Origin: an uncultured Pelagibacteraceae bacterium
Lineage (GTDB): Bacteria > Pseudomonadota > Alphaproteobacteria > Pelagibacterales > Pelagibacteraceae
Length of the DNA stretch: 64,000 nt
Assembly (NCBI GenBank): GCA_902634935.1
Contig: CACPMF010000006.1
Span: forward strand, 521-64,520
Reading direction: 5' to 3'
The notes beneath the pieces are model-generated. The model had not been told where the DNA came from. It ran no database searches and saw nothing but the letters and a program-made list of their open reading frames with translations. A program made the position numbers and the translations under genes. This document shows, one piece after another, positions 10,039 through 24,487 of this stretch (position 1 is the first letter of the stretch; each line of letters begins with the position of its first letter).

Positions 10039-10929
10039 ATGAATAAAAATAAAGTGTATATTTTAGAGGATAGAGGTTTACTATATGTAAGCGGAGATGA
10101 TGTAAAAGAATTCCTTCAAAATATTATTACGAATGATATTTATGCAGTATCAGAGAACAATTCATGTTTTGCTGGTTTGCTAAATCCTCAAGGAAAATAC
10201 TTATATGACTTTATAGTTGTAAAGCATAAGTCAGGTTATTTTTTAGATTGTGAAAAAAAAATTATAGATGAACTGTATAAGCAATTAACATTATATAAAC
10301 TAAGATCTAAAGTCGAAATTTTAAATCTCAGCAATGAGTTTGTTATAGCAGCACTTAATAAAGATAAATTTCTTGAGTTAGAAAATACTAAAGATCTAAA
10401 TGGATATACAACGAAATTTAGAGAGGACATTATATTTTTAGATCCAAGGCATACCGACTTGGGTGCTAGACTAATTATTAATCTTGAAAAGTTATATCTT
10501 TCTTTAAAAAAATTAAATTTACAATCATCAAATATTGATGAATATTATAACTTAAGTCATTCTCTTGGAGTTCCTCAAATAGACACGAAAGAACTACAAA
10601 ATAAATTATTTGGTATTGAATGTAATTTTGAGGAATTAAAAGGAATAGATTTTAAGAAAGGTTGTTATGTTGGACAGGAAAATACAGCTAGAATTAAACA
10701 TAAAAACAAATTGAGTAAAAGAATACTTCCTTTTACAATTCTCGAAGGAAATATAGATGATGGTGTCCTTAGAGTAAATAATACTGAAATTGGAAAAATT
10801 TTAATTAAAAATAGTAAGCCTTTTGCACTAATTAAAATTAAAGAAAAAGAATTTGAATTTGATAAAGAGCTTAGTTGTGAAAACGCAAAGGTGCTATTTA
10901 AAAAGCCACAATGGTTAAGTATTATTTAA
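10039..10929 (+). CDS. ygfZ: Folate-binding Fe-S cluster assembly protein YgfZ
   Basis: KGCYVGQE signature; LLNPQGK. Confidence 0.93.
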   Translation: MNKNKVYILEDRGLLYVSGDDVKEFLQNIITNDIYAVSENNSCFAGLLNPQGKYLYDFIVVKHKSGYFLDCEKKIIDELYKQLTLYKLRSKVEILNLSNEFVIAALNKDKFLELENTKDLNGYTTKFREDIIFLDPRHTDLGARLIINLEKLYLSLKKLNLQSSNIDEYYNLSHSLGVPQIDTKELQNKLFGIECNFEELKGIDFKKGCYVGQENTARIKHKNKLSKRILPFTILEGNIDDGVLRVNNTEIGKILIKNSKPFALIKIKEKEFEFDKELSCENAKVLFKKPQWLSII

Positions 10930-11293
10930 CAAATTTTGATAAATCTGGTTTGAAATAATTAGGTCCTTTCATTACTTTTCCAGCCTCATTATATATAGGT
11001 TTTCCATCCTCTCCTAATTTGCTCATATTAGAGTTTTGAACTTCCTCGAAGCATTTATCTAAATCGATGCCAAATGCTATACCTGCTCCATAAGTTACAT
11101 AAAGTATATCTGTAAGCGCATCAGCAATTTCTAATAGATCCTTATCTTCCATTGCTTGCTTTAATTCATCTAGTTCCTCTTTAATTAAATTATATCTTAA
11201 ATCATTTATTTTTTCTGTGCTAAGAGATGGTTTTGATTTTACTTCCTGGCCAAATGTTAGCATGAATGTTTTTACTTTTTGAAAGTTAGTCAT
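10922..11293 (-). CDS. MazG-like all-alpha NTP pyrophosphohydrolase
   Basis: KEELDEL...EIADALTDILYV, EVQNSNMSK, GKVMKGPNY. Confidence 0.85.
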   Translation of the reverse strand: MTNFQKVKTFMLTFGQEVKSKPSLSTEKINDLRYNLIKEELDELKQAMEDKDLLEIADALTDILYVTYGAGIAFGIDLDKCFEEVQNSNMSKLGEDGKPIYNEAGKVMKGPNYFKPDLSKFVK

Positions 11294-11354
11294 TTTACTC
11301 CTGTAAGATTATTAAAATCTAGTATATAAATAATTTGAAACTTTATTCAATTAA

Positions 11355-12743
11355 ATGAAAACAAGAAAAGAATTTGATAGCATTGGATACATAAATGTGC
11401 CTGATGATAGGTATTGGGGAGCATCTACTCAAAGATCAAATAAGTTTTTCAATATTGGAAAAATACTGGTTGATTTCTCAATAATTAAATCAATAGCAAT
11501 AATTAAAAGATCTGCTGCAATAGTTCATAAAAAGGATAAATTGATCTCAAGCAAAATAGCTAATGCAATAATTAAAGCCTCAAATGAGGTTATTGCTGGA
11601 AAGTTGGATAAAAATTTTCCTTTAAAAGTCTGGCAAACAGGATCTGGCACTCAAACAAATATGAATGTAAATGAAGTTATTGCGAATAGAGCAATTCAAA
11701 TTCTTAGAGGTAAAAAAGGATCAAAAAAACCTGTTCACCCGAATGATCATGTTAATAAATCACAATCTACAAATGATGTTTTTCCTACTGCTATGCACAT
11801 TTCAATAGCAAAAGAAACAATTAGAAAGTTAATTCCAAACTTAAAAATTTTAGAAAATTCTTTAAGAAAAAAATCTATTGAATTTAAGAGAATTGTTAAA
11901 ATTGGAAGAACACACCTTCAAGATGCAACGCCACTTACTCTAGGACAAGAATTTTCCGGATACCATGAACAAGTAAAAAAGAGTTTGGATAGAATAAAAT
12001 ATTGTCTGAATGATATTCTTTTTTTAGCGCAAGGTGGCACCGCAGTAGGAACAGGAATAAATACAAAAAAAAACTTTGACAAAAAAATAGTTAAAGAGAT
12101 AAGAAAATTTTGTAAGATCAAATTTAAAACTGCACCTAATAAATTTTCTGAACTTGCTGCACATGACGCAATTGTTAATTTTTCTGGAGCTTTAAATACC
12201 TGTGCTGTTGCTTTAATGAAGATTTCCAATGATATAAGATTTTTAGGTTCGGGACCAAGAGCAGGTTATGGTGAATTAATTTTGCCAGAAAATGAGCCTG
12301 GCTCATCAATTATGCCTGGTAAAGTAAATCCCACCCAATGCGAAGCTGTAACAATGGTATGCGCTAAAGTTATCGGAAATCACACAGGAATTACTGTTGC
12401 TGGATCTCATGGACATTTTGAATTAAATGTTTTTAAACCTTTGATTGCTCACAATATTCTTCAGTCTATCGATCTTATTGCAGACAGCGTAAAAAACTTT
12501 AGCTTATTTTGTGTGAATGGAATAAAAGCAGATAAATTAAAGATTAAAGAACATTTAGAAAACTCTTTAATGCTTGTAACTGCACTTGCTCCAAAGATTG
12601 GTTACGATAATGCTGCTAAAATTGCAAAAACAGCTTTAAAAAACAGAACAAAACTTAAATACGAGACATTAAAAACAGGACTTATCAATGAAAAAGAATA
12701 TGACCAAATTGTAAATCCTTTTTTAATGACCAAACCAAGTTAA
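11355..12743 (+). CDS. fumC: Class II fumarate hydratase
   Basis: QTGSGTQTNMN, GRTHLQDA, GSSIMPGKVNPTQCE. Confidence 0.97.
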   Translation: MKTRKEFDSIGYINVPDDRYWGASTQRSNKFFNIGKILVDFSIIKSIAIIKRSAAIVHKKDKLISSKIANAIIKASNEVIAGKLDKNFPLKVWQTGSGTQTNMNVNEVIANRAIQILRGKKGSKKPVHPNDHVNKSQSTNDVFPTAMHISIAKETIRKLIPNLKILENSLRKKSIEFKRIVKIGRTHLQDATPLTLGQEFSGYHEQVKKSLDRIKYCLNDILFLAQGGTAVGTGINTKKNFDKKIVKEIRKFCKIKFKTAPNKFSELAAHDAIVNFSGALNTCAVALMKISNDIRFLGSGPRAGYGELILPENEPGSSIMPGKVNPTQCEAVTMVCAKVIGNHTGITVAGSHGHFELNVFKPLIAHNILQSIDLIADSVKNFSLFCVNGIKADKLKIKEHLENSLMLVTALAPKIGYDNAAKIAKTALKNRTKLKYETLKTGLINEKEYDQIVNPFLMTKPS

Positions 12744-14107
12744 TTTAAAATATCTCTCAAAGTAGATTTGAGAACTAACATGTTATTTGTTTTAATTATT
12801 TCCTGTAATAGATTTTGTGAGTTTTTATCATTAATAAATATATTTGACAAAAACATATCCCCTGTATCTATATTTCTAACAAAATCAAAATATACTTTAT
12901 TAATGTTGTTAACCTTTTTAAAATTAAGTTGAAATTTTCGGGCTAATTCCCTGTGATTATTAACGTTAAGAACATTTTTAGTCTCAAAAAAAAGCTCACC
13001 TTCTTTAATCACATAATTATATGATGACTTTATTATACCTATTTTATCTATCTCGAAAAAGGAGTTTGCAGTTTTAATTTGTCCTTCATTTATAAATAGT
13101 GAAATTTTTCCGCTGCTTAAAATTTTGCTATCTAAATTTGATAAAGATAGTTTCAACTCTCCATTTAAGTTTTCTAATAATTTTTTATCAGCATTAGAAA
13201 TTGAGTTTAATATATAATCAGTGATAAAACCTACTTTTTTTTCTTCAAATATAATTTCTCCATCTAAATAAAATGGATTGAGTTCTATTATTGAGTTGAA
13301 TTTAATTTTTTGATTATTTTTTTTTTCTTGCGAATTTATTTCAATTTTAGAATCTTTATAATTGTAACTAAATGATATATTTTCATTTAAAAAATCAATT
13401 GAACTACTGCCTTTAAATTCATTTTTGTTTTGAGATTTAAATAAATTTTTAATAAAAATATTTGGATTTTTTAACTTTATTTCATTTAAAGATGATTTTG
13501 GATCATCATAATTTCTTCTCCAATAAGATTTGAAGTCGATATCGAAAATAGATCCTTTTAATTTAAACTCTTTTGCCGAAAAATTTTCATTTATCTGGTA
13601 ATTAACTTTTTTAATTGGTGCAATTAAAATTACATTATTTTTATTATCACTAAGAAATATTTTTATGTTAGTGATATTAATTGGTTTATTAATTTTGTAA
13701 TAAAAATGATTTCTAATATCATTAATATCATTTATTTTAAGATTTAAATTAATATTTTGAAACTTTATGTCAGTAATAATTATGTTTTTTTTTGAATAAA
13801 TTTTGTTGCTTGGAATAAAAAGTTTTAAATTTTCTACCTCCACAATTGCAGATTTTTCATTTTCTAAATTAAAATCAAGATTCGCCTTTTTAATCAATAA
13901 ATGTGGTCTTGGAAGCACTCTAAAAGAAATATTATCTAAAATTTTTAGATTAATCTTAAAATCTGAAAAAAATTTATTTTCTATTTCATTTTGTATACTT
14001 TTATAATTAAAAAAAACTGGTAATGATAAAAATATAATTATTGTAAAAACTACAATAATTGATGACAAAATAATTGTGGGAGAGTCTATTTTTTTTCTTT
14101 TCCTCAT
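12740..14107 (-). CDS. AsmA-like envelope protein (divergent)
   Basis: N-terminal TM anchor followed by an AsmA-type start (ISFRVLPRPHLLI); beta-rich body. Confidence 0.5.
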   Translation of the reverse strand: MRKRKKIDSPTIILSSIIVVFTIIIFLSLPVFFNYKSIQNEIENKFFSDFKINLKILDNISFRVLPRPHLLIKKANLDFNLENEKSAIVEVENLKLFIPSNKIYSKKNIIITDIKFQNINLNLKINDINDIRNHFYYKINKPINITNIKIFLSDNKNNVILIAPIKKVNYQINENFSAKEFKLKGSIFDIDFKSYWRRNYDDPKSSLNEIKLKNPNIFIKNLFKSQNKNEFKGSSSIDFLNENISFSYNYKDSKIEINSQEKKNNQKIKFNSIIELNPFYLDGEIIFEEKKVGFITDYILNSISNADKKLLENLNGELKLSLSNLDSKILSSGKISLFINEGQIKTANSFFEIDKIGIIKSSYNYVIKEGELFFETKNVLNVNNHRELARKFQLNFKKVNNINKVYFDFVRNIDTGDMFLSNIFINDKNSQNLLQEIIKTNNMLVLKSTLRDILN

Positions 14108-14141
14108 AAAATTTAATATGGCTTATACTATAAAAAATTAG

Positions 14142-16161
14142 ATGTTAAATTCAGAATATTTAAGCAATTTAAACGAAAATCAGAGAGAGGCGGTAGAATG
14201 TTTAGATGGTCCTCTTTTGATAGTAGCTGGTGCAGGATCAGGTAAAACTAAAGTTCTTACTTCAAGGATTGCACATATAATAAAAAAAAATAAAGCGTTC
14301 CCAAACCAAATTTTAGCTGTCACCTTTACAAATAAAGCTGCAAAAGAAATGCAATTAAGGGTGTCTAAATTGCTCAGGAAAGATGCTACGGGATTACCAT
14401 GGCTTGGAACTTTTCATTCAATTAGTGCAAAACTTCTTAGGAAACACGCTGATGCTGTTGGGCTCAAAAGTAATTTTTCAATTATAGACCAAGATGATCA
14501 GGTAAGACTTATTAAAAATATATGTAAAGCAGAAAATATAGATATAAAAAAAATATCACCAAAATTCATCCTGGCAATTATTGATAAATGGAAAAATAAA
14601 GGTTTTTACCCTCAAGATGTTATTTTGAAAAGAAAAGATCCATTAGAGAAAAATTTTTTAAGTATTTACAAAATTTACCAAGAAAAATTGATAAATTTAA
14701 ATTCAGCAGATTTTAGTGATTTGATTTTGCATACTGTAAAAATATTTAAAAAATATACTGATATTGCAGAGTTATATTCAAAAAAATTTAAATTCATTTT
14801 AGTTGATGAATATCAAGATACTAATTTTATTCAGAGTGAGTGGTTAAGGCATTTGTCAGATTTTAATAAAAATATTTGTTGCGTTGGGGATGATGATCAA
14901 TCAATTTATAGTTGGAGAGGTGCGGAAATAAAAAACTTTCTAGAATTTGATAAAGTTTATAAAAATACAAAAGTTATTCGATTGGAAAAAAATTATAGAT
15001 CAACACAAAATATTTTGAGTGTTGCATCTAAATTAATTGAAAATAACCAAAATCGAGTGGGGAAAAATTTGTTTACAAATCATGATGATGGAGAGCTGGT
15101 CAGTTTAAGTTGTTTTAGAAATGTTAAAGACGAGGCAATTGAAGTTGGTTCAGAAATTGAGAGACTTAAAAAAAAGTTCTCCCTTAATGAAGTGGCAATT
15201 TTAGTAAGAGCTATATTTCAAACTAGAGAATTTGAAGAGAGATTTTTAAAAATAGGAATGCCGTACAGAATTGTTGGGGGTATTAAATTTTATGAAAGAG
15301 CTGAAATTAAAGATTGTGTTGCATATTTAAAGGTTATTCATCAACCTTTTGATGACTTATCGTTTGAACGAATAATTAATGTTCCTAAGAGATCAATTGG
15401 AGATACAACAATCAAATTAATAAATGAATATGCAAAATTAAACAAAACATCTTTGGAAAATGCTGCGAGGAAACTTATCGAAGAAAATAAAATTAAACCA
15501 AAAACTAAATTAGGATTAAATTCATTGTTAAATCTTTTACAAAAGTGGAGAGAAGATTTAAGAAAAAAAATAAACCATAATAAACTTTTGCAACTTGTTT
15601 TGGATGAATCTGGATACAGTGAAATGTTAAAAAACAAAAAAGATTTAGAAAATGAAAATAGATTAGAAAATATAAAGGAATTATTAAATGCAATGAAAGA
15701 ATTTGATAATCTTGAAAGTTTCTTAGAACACGTCGCTCTTGCAACATCTTTGGATCAAGATTGGGAAACGGAAAAAGTAAATCTTATGACTATGCACGCT
15801 TCAAAAGGTTTAGAATTTGATGTTGTATTTTTGCCTGGTTGGGAAGAAGGTTTATTTCCTCATCAAAAAAGCATTGAGGAAAAAGGTGAAAGTGGTTTGG
15901 AAGAGGAAAGAAGACTGGCTTACGTGGGAATAACAAGGGCAAAAAAAGTAGCGAAAATATCGTTTTCTATGAACAGATTTTATCAAGGTGATTGGATAGA
16001 TAGCATGTCATCTAGGTTTATTGATGAATTGCCAGATGAAAATTTAAAAAAAAATAACAATTTTATTGATGAAAACGAGGATGATTTTGAATTTAACCAA
16101 GACATTGAATTTGATGAACCGATTAGAAGTCCTGGCTGGCTGAGATATCAAAAAAAATTAA

Positions 16162-16172
<11 letters not shown>
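14142..16172 (+). CDS. uvrD: SF1 DNA helicase UvrD/PcrA
   Basis: AGAGSGKT, VDEYQD, VGDDDQSIYSWRGA, HASKGLEF, EERRLAYVGITRA. Confidence 0.95.
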
Positions 16173-19863
<3,691 letters not shown>

Positions 19864-20703
19864 TTATTTAAGTAGATCTTTAAATTTTTGCAATATTGAT
19901 TGTTCTTTTTTTGAGTCTCCTTTTTTTGCTGTTTTAACATAATTCTTATTTAAAATTTTATAACTTTCCTCATACCATTCACTCGACTGGTAATTATAAC
20001 CTAATAAAGAGGCATATTTTTTAGACTCATCTACTAAACCTAACTTATAATGTAATTCAACTAATCTATGAAGAGCTTCCTCGACATAGATGGTGGTTTC
20101 ATAATCATTAATTACTGTTTTAAACCTGTTAATTGCGGGTATCCATTTTTCTCTATCTACATAATATCTTGCAAGGTACATTTCTTTTGAAGCAAGTATT
20201 TCTTGTATAAGTTCAAGTTTAAATTCTGAGTCTATAGCAAATTCAGTATTTGGATAATTTTTAATAATGATTTTAAAATATTTTTTAGATTTAATTATTT
20301 CTTCTAAATCTTTAGTTTCATCAATTATTAAATTGTAATGACTTAAAGCTAACAGGTAGTAAGCATAATCTCTTCTAGGATGATTTTTATATTTTTGTAG
20401 AAATTTTTCTAATTCTAATATTGTGTCATCATAATATAGTTGGGAAAAATAAGCATAAGCGGCCATCAATGCTGCTCTTGGAGCCCAAATAGATTGAGGG
20501 TAAAGCAATTCAGCTTCATTAAATTTTTTTGCTGCATAAATAACATCATTATTATTTAGCTCTTCAAGACCCTCATTGTAAGCATCGATCATTTGCATTT
20601 CTAAACTTTTTTCCTCTACTATTGAAATTTTTTTATCTTTTTTTGCACAAGAAGTAATATTAATTAAAATTATTATAATAAAAACTTTTAACAAAAAAGA
20701 CAT
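19864..20703 (-). CDS. bamD: Outer-membrane assembly lipoprotein BamD
   Basis: Lipobox ITSC, TPR repeats, AINRFKTV, EEALHRLVE, LGYNYQSSEWY. Confidence 0.93.
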   Translation of the reverse strand: MSFLLKVFIIIILINITSCAKKDKKISIVEEKSLEMQMIDAYNEGLEELNNNDVIYAAKKFNEAELLYPQSIWAPRAALMAAYAYFSQLYYDDTILELEKFLQKYKNHPRRDYAYYLLALSHYNLIIDETKDLEEIIKSKKYFKIIIKNYPNTEFAIDSEFKLELIQEILASKEMYLARYYVDREKWIPAINRFKTVINDYETTIYVEEALHRLVELHYKLGLVDESKKYASLLGYNYQSSEWYEESYKILNKNYVKTAKKGDSKKEQSILQKFKDLLK

Positions 20704-20741
20704 CTTTACTTTTTAGCAGAATTTTTGAAAATTTCTAATTA

Positions 20742-21662
20742 TTAGGCTATAGATTTTAATTGATTTCTGTCAGTGAATGAATGTGGTAAATTTTTTCCTT
20801 TAATTTCTATTAACGAGTAATTAGATCTATCATCAAACAATTTTTTTAATAATTTATTTGTTAGACTATGTCCCCCTTGAGAGCATCTTAAAGATCCTAT
20901 GATCCTATAACCCGATAAATACAAGTCACCCATGCAATCTAGAATCTTGTGATTTACAAACTCCAAATGGTTCCTTAAACCCTCTTTATTTAAAATTAAA
21001 TCATTCTTTACTACTATTGCATTATCTAAACTACCACCTTTACCAAGACCTAGTGTTTCTAATTTTTTAATATCTTCATACAAACAAAATGTTCTTGAAT
21101 TGTAGATATCATTTAAATTATCTTCGAAAAGACTAACTTTATTTCTTTGAGTTTTAATTACAGAATTATTATATTTTATCTCAAAATCAATTTCTGAAGA
21201 TACATTAGATTTATCGATCGATATTGATTTAGAGCCCTCACTTAACTCAACACTTGAATTAACTTTAATTAATTTTATTGGTTCATCATAATTTTTAAAT
21301 CCAGCCTCTATTATTAATTCTACAAATTTCTTAGCTGAACCATCTACAATTGGAACTTCCTGAGAATCTAACTCTACAATGACGTTATCTACCCCTAAGC
21401 CATAAAGAGCACCCATTAGATGTTCTATAGTTGATACCTTTACATTATATTCATTTGAAATTGTTGTACAAAGGGTTGCATCAACTACGTTTCTATAATT
21501 TGGTATCACAGTGTTATGTATTTTTAGATCTGTCCTTTTAAAAATTACCCCTGTATTTGCAGGTGCTGGAAGTACATTCATGTTCACTTTCGATCCAGTG
21601 TGAACTCCAACACCACTTATTGAAAATTTTTTATTAATAGTTTTTTGAGTTAATAAAGACAC
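20742..21662 (-). CDS. lpxC: UDP-3-O-acyl-GlcNAc deacetylase
   Basis: GVGVHTG, TIEHLM, PIVDGSA, HKILDCMGD, GGH. Confidence 0.96.
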   Translation of the reverse strand: MSLLTQKTINKKFSISGVGVHTGSKVNMNVLPAPANTGVIFKRTDLKIHNTVIPNYRNVVDATLCTTISNEYNVKVSTIEHLMGALYGLGVDNVIVELDSQEVPIVDGSAKKFVELIIEAGFKNYDEPIKLIKVNSSVELSEGSKSISIDKSNVSSEIDFEIKYNNSVIKTQRNKVSLFEDNLNDIYNSRTFCLYEDIKKLETLGLGKGGSLDNAIVVKNDLILNKEGLRNHLEFVNHKILDCMGDLYLSGYRIIGSLRCSQGGHSLTNKLLKKLFDDRSNYSLIEIKGKNLPHSFTDRNQLKSIA

Positions 21663-21725
21663 ATGGGTCTTATAATTAATACACGATTAATTAGACATAC
21701 ACGTATTATTACAACAAAATACAAT

Positions 21726-22904
21726 TCAAATTTTTTGGAACAAATTAAAGAATTTCTCAAAAATACCTTGTTTTTTAATGAATTTTTTTGAATTTTCTAT
21801 CTTAATGTTTTGTTCAGAACCATATTTTAAACCTAATTTACAAATCTCCATATCATTTTCCTCATAAAAGATTATATCTTTAAAATTTTCTATACTCTCA
21901 AAATTGAAAGAATTTTCATCAAATAATTTAGATCCTCTACCAATTAATACCAATAAAAGCTTTTCCTTTGATAAATTTTGTATTGAATTTTGGACATCAC
22001 TAAACAATAGGTTAAATATTTCATCTACTCTTGCCAAAATAACTTTTTTTAATAGATCAATTGAAATATTTTTACTAATTAATTTTTTATGAATCTTTTC
22101 TTCAGGGTAATTTTCATCTGAAAATGAAAAATCTGTTTCAGATTTGTTAAATATTTTTTTTATTTTTTCAGATTCGTCCACATTTAGCTTTAATATATAT
22201 GAGATGTCTTTTGTAATATTGTGACTACCAATTGAAACATTATTGATATATGCGAGTTTTTTTTCTTTATATAAAATTAAAGTACTTCTATTTAGTCCAA
22301 TGTCTAAAAATGCAGTAAATATTTCATTTTTAAAATAATTGAGATATGAATTTGATCTAACCAAACTTGAACAAAAAATATTTTTTATATTAACATTATT
22401 ATCTGTAAATACTTTTTTAATGTTAAATAGAGTATCGTTTGGCAAACATAAAATTTTGAATTGAAATATTATGTATGATTTATCTTTTAAATTATTTTTT
22501 AGCTCGTTTACCTCTATCTCATCTATAAAAATTTTATTAATTAAAAAATTTATTATTTTTTTATTTTTATAAGACTGAGTTATAATTTGATAACAATCTA
22601 AAATAGCGGATTGCTGAATTTCATCGGATGATTGAATTTGGTCAACTTTTTTTTTTATTGAAAGATCTATTATTAAAATATTTGATTTATCAATTAATAA
22701 TATAATATTATCAATATGGCTTGATATCTCTTTCTCAGATTTTCTAATAATTTTTTTTAAGGACTTTAATTGATTATTTTCTTCAGATAAATATTCTACT
22801 TCTTCAATTAACGAAAAAATATTTTTATTTTTTTCATCAAATATGGATAATCTTATTGCTGAATTTCCAAGATCTATGACTGTATTTATTTTTTTATTTA
22901 TCAT
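21726..22904 (-). CDS. ftsA: Cell division protein FtsA, highly divergent
   Basis: Follows ftsQ; DLGNSAIR, LDIG, GSHNITKDIS, ESEKIK, ARVDEIF; C-terminal amphipathic GIFEKFFNLF. Confidence 0.8.
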   Translation of the reverse strand: MINKKINTVIDLGNSAIRLSIFDEKNKNIFSLIEEVEYLSEENNQLKSLKKIIRKSEKEISSHIDNIILLIDKSNILIIDLSIKKKVDQIQSSDEIQQSAILDCYQIITQSYKNKKIINFLINKIFIDEIEVNELKNNLKDKSYIIFQFKILCLPNDTLFNIKKVFTDNNVNIKNIFCSSLVRSNSYLNYFKNEIFTAFLDIGLNRSTLILYKEKKLAYINNVSIGSHNITKDISYILKLNVDESEKIKKIFNKSETDFSFSDENYPEEKIHKKLISKNISIDLLKKVILARVDEIFNLLFSDVQNSIQNLSKEKLLLVLIGRGSKLFDENSFNFESIENFKDIIFYEENDMEICKLGLKYGSEQNIKIENSKKFIKKQGIFEKFFNLFQKI

Positions 22905-23586
22905 TCGTAATAATTATTTTATTTTTAATTCTAAAATCGATAATACTATTTACTTTTAATTGTTCTTTTTCTTTTAAAAAATTTAAATTTTTTAAAGATG
23001 CAAATTGATTATTCGAGGGTAGTTTGATGGTAATGTTATTTTGAATATCTAAGTCCCATCTTCCACTTTTAAAATAGAAATAATTATCGATTATATCCAG
23101 GTCAAAGTTAATCTCTTTTAAATTTTCTCGTAAATTTATAAAGCTTTCAATTGGAAAATTTCCAAATACAACAGGTAAATCTTGATCTAACATATAATTT
23201 TTAAATTCTATAAATTTTTTATTTTCTCCAATTAAATACTCCTTTCCATCTATTATAGTTTTTGCAATATACTCTGTTTTTCTTATTTCTATTTTTAATT
23301 TATATGGAAAGATCTTCTGAATTTTATAATCTTCAAACTCTTTGTATTTTATTAAAACATTTAATAATTCATCATCTTTGATAAAAAAAATATTTTTATT
23401 TTTAAGAATATTTAAGTTTTCTTTTAATCTAATTTGATCCTCAAGATTTAAACCAATTATATCAATAGATTTTACATTAAAATATTTTAAGAAGGACATA
23501 CTATAGTTTGTATTGATGGCAGTAGTAAGAAATACAAAAATAAAAAAATAAAGATAAATTTTTTTTTTATTTATTAATTGACGCAT
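22894..23586 (-). CDS. ftsQ: Cell division protein FtsQ/DivIB
   Basis: N-terminal TM, POTRA-like region (KIFPYKLKI), RWDL, IKLP, IIDFR; between ddl and ftsA. Confidence 0.82.
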   Translation of the reverse strand: MRQLINKKKIYLYFFIFVFLTTAINTNYSMSFLKYFNVKSIDIIGLNLEDQIRLKENLNILKNKNIFFIKDDELLNVLIKYKEFEDYKIQKIFPYKLKIEIRKTEYIAKTIIDGKEYLIGENKKFIEFKNYMLDQDLPVVFGNFPIESFINLRENLKEINFDLDIIDNYFYFKSGRWDLDIQNNITIKLPSNNQFASLKNLNFLKEKEQLKVNSIIDFRIKNKIIITNDK

Positions 23587-24487
23587 CTTTAATAATTTTA
23601 TTAATCAAATCTCCAAAAGAGATATTTTTATACCTTGCTATCTCAGGAACTAAGGAGAGAGATGTCATACCTGGTTGAGTATTTGTTTCTAGTAAATAAA
23701 ATTTGTTATTATAAAATCTAAAATCTGATCTAGTGACTCCACGACACCTTAATAATTTATGTGCTTTCAAAGCAATGTTGGTAAGTTTATCATAATTTTT
23801 TCTACTTAAATCTACAGGAATTATATGTTCAGTTTTAGCTTTAGGATTATATTTTGCCTCGTAATCATAAAATTTTCTCTTTGGCTTAAGTTCTATTGCT
23901 CCAAGTTTTTTATCTCCAAGAATTGCTACTTGTATTTCCCTCCCTGGGATAAATTTTTCAATTAAGATTTCATCGTAATCTCTTAAATTTTTCAAATTTT
24001 TTAAAAAATTTTTTTTTTGACATATAAAGACTTTTACACTTGAGCCTTCATTTATAGGTTTAATAACTACTGGAAAATTTAGTTTTTTTTCTACTATTTT
24101 TAATAGTTTAATTTTTTCGGGAGACTTAAAATTATATTTAATATATTTTGGAGTTAATATTTTATTCATTGCATATATTTTTTTTGAAATTTCCTTGTCA
24201 ATAGCTAACGATGATGAAAGTACTCCAGAATGAGTATATTTAACTTTTTGTGATTCTAATAAAGCTTGGATATATCCATCTTCTCCATATCTACCATGTA
24301 ACAAATTAAATACTACGCTAGGCTTAAAACTTTTAATTTTTTTGATAAAGTTTCCATCGGGCTCGACAAATTCAATTATATAATTTTTATTTTTTCTAAG
24401 TTCTTTATATACGCTTTTTGCCGTTTTTAGACTTATTTCTCTTTCGTTTGAATAACCACCTGCAACTAGCAATATTTTTTGTTTCAT
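23567..24487 (-). CDS. ddl: D-alanine-D-alanine ligase
   Basis: GGYSNEREIS, LHGRYGEDG, EGSS, FYDYEAKY, ETNTQPGMT. Confidence 0.96.
   Translation of the reverse strand: MKQKILLVAGGYSNEREISLKTAKSVYKELRKNKNYIIEFVEPDGNFIKKIKSFKPSVVFNLLHGRYGEDGYIQALLESQKVKYTHSGVLSSSLAIDKEISKKIYAMNKILTPKYIKYNFKSPEKIKLLKIVEKKLNFPVVIKPINEGSSVKVFICQKKNFLKNLKNLRDYDEILIEKFIPGREIQVAILGDKKLGAIELKPKRKFYDYEAKYNPKAKTEHIIPVDLSRKNYDKLTNIALKAHKLLRCRGVTRSDFRFYNNKFYLLETNTQPGMTSLSLVPEIARYKNISFGDLINKIIKDASINK

Noticed and set aside
10922-11293. MazG-like gene as a sign of prophage or abortive-infection defence
   Set aside because: Stand-alone among housekeeping genes with no phage or defence neighbours; most likely a nucleotide-pool housekeeping enzyme
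21676-21690. TTAA-N7-TTAA (CtrA-box-like) upstream of lpxC
   Set aside because: At this AT content the pattern is expected many times by chance in 64 kb, and there is no evidence for CtrA in the window
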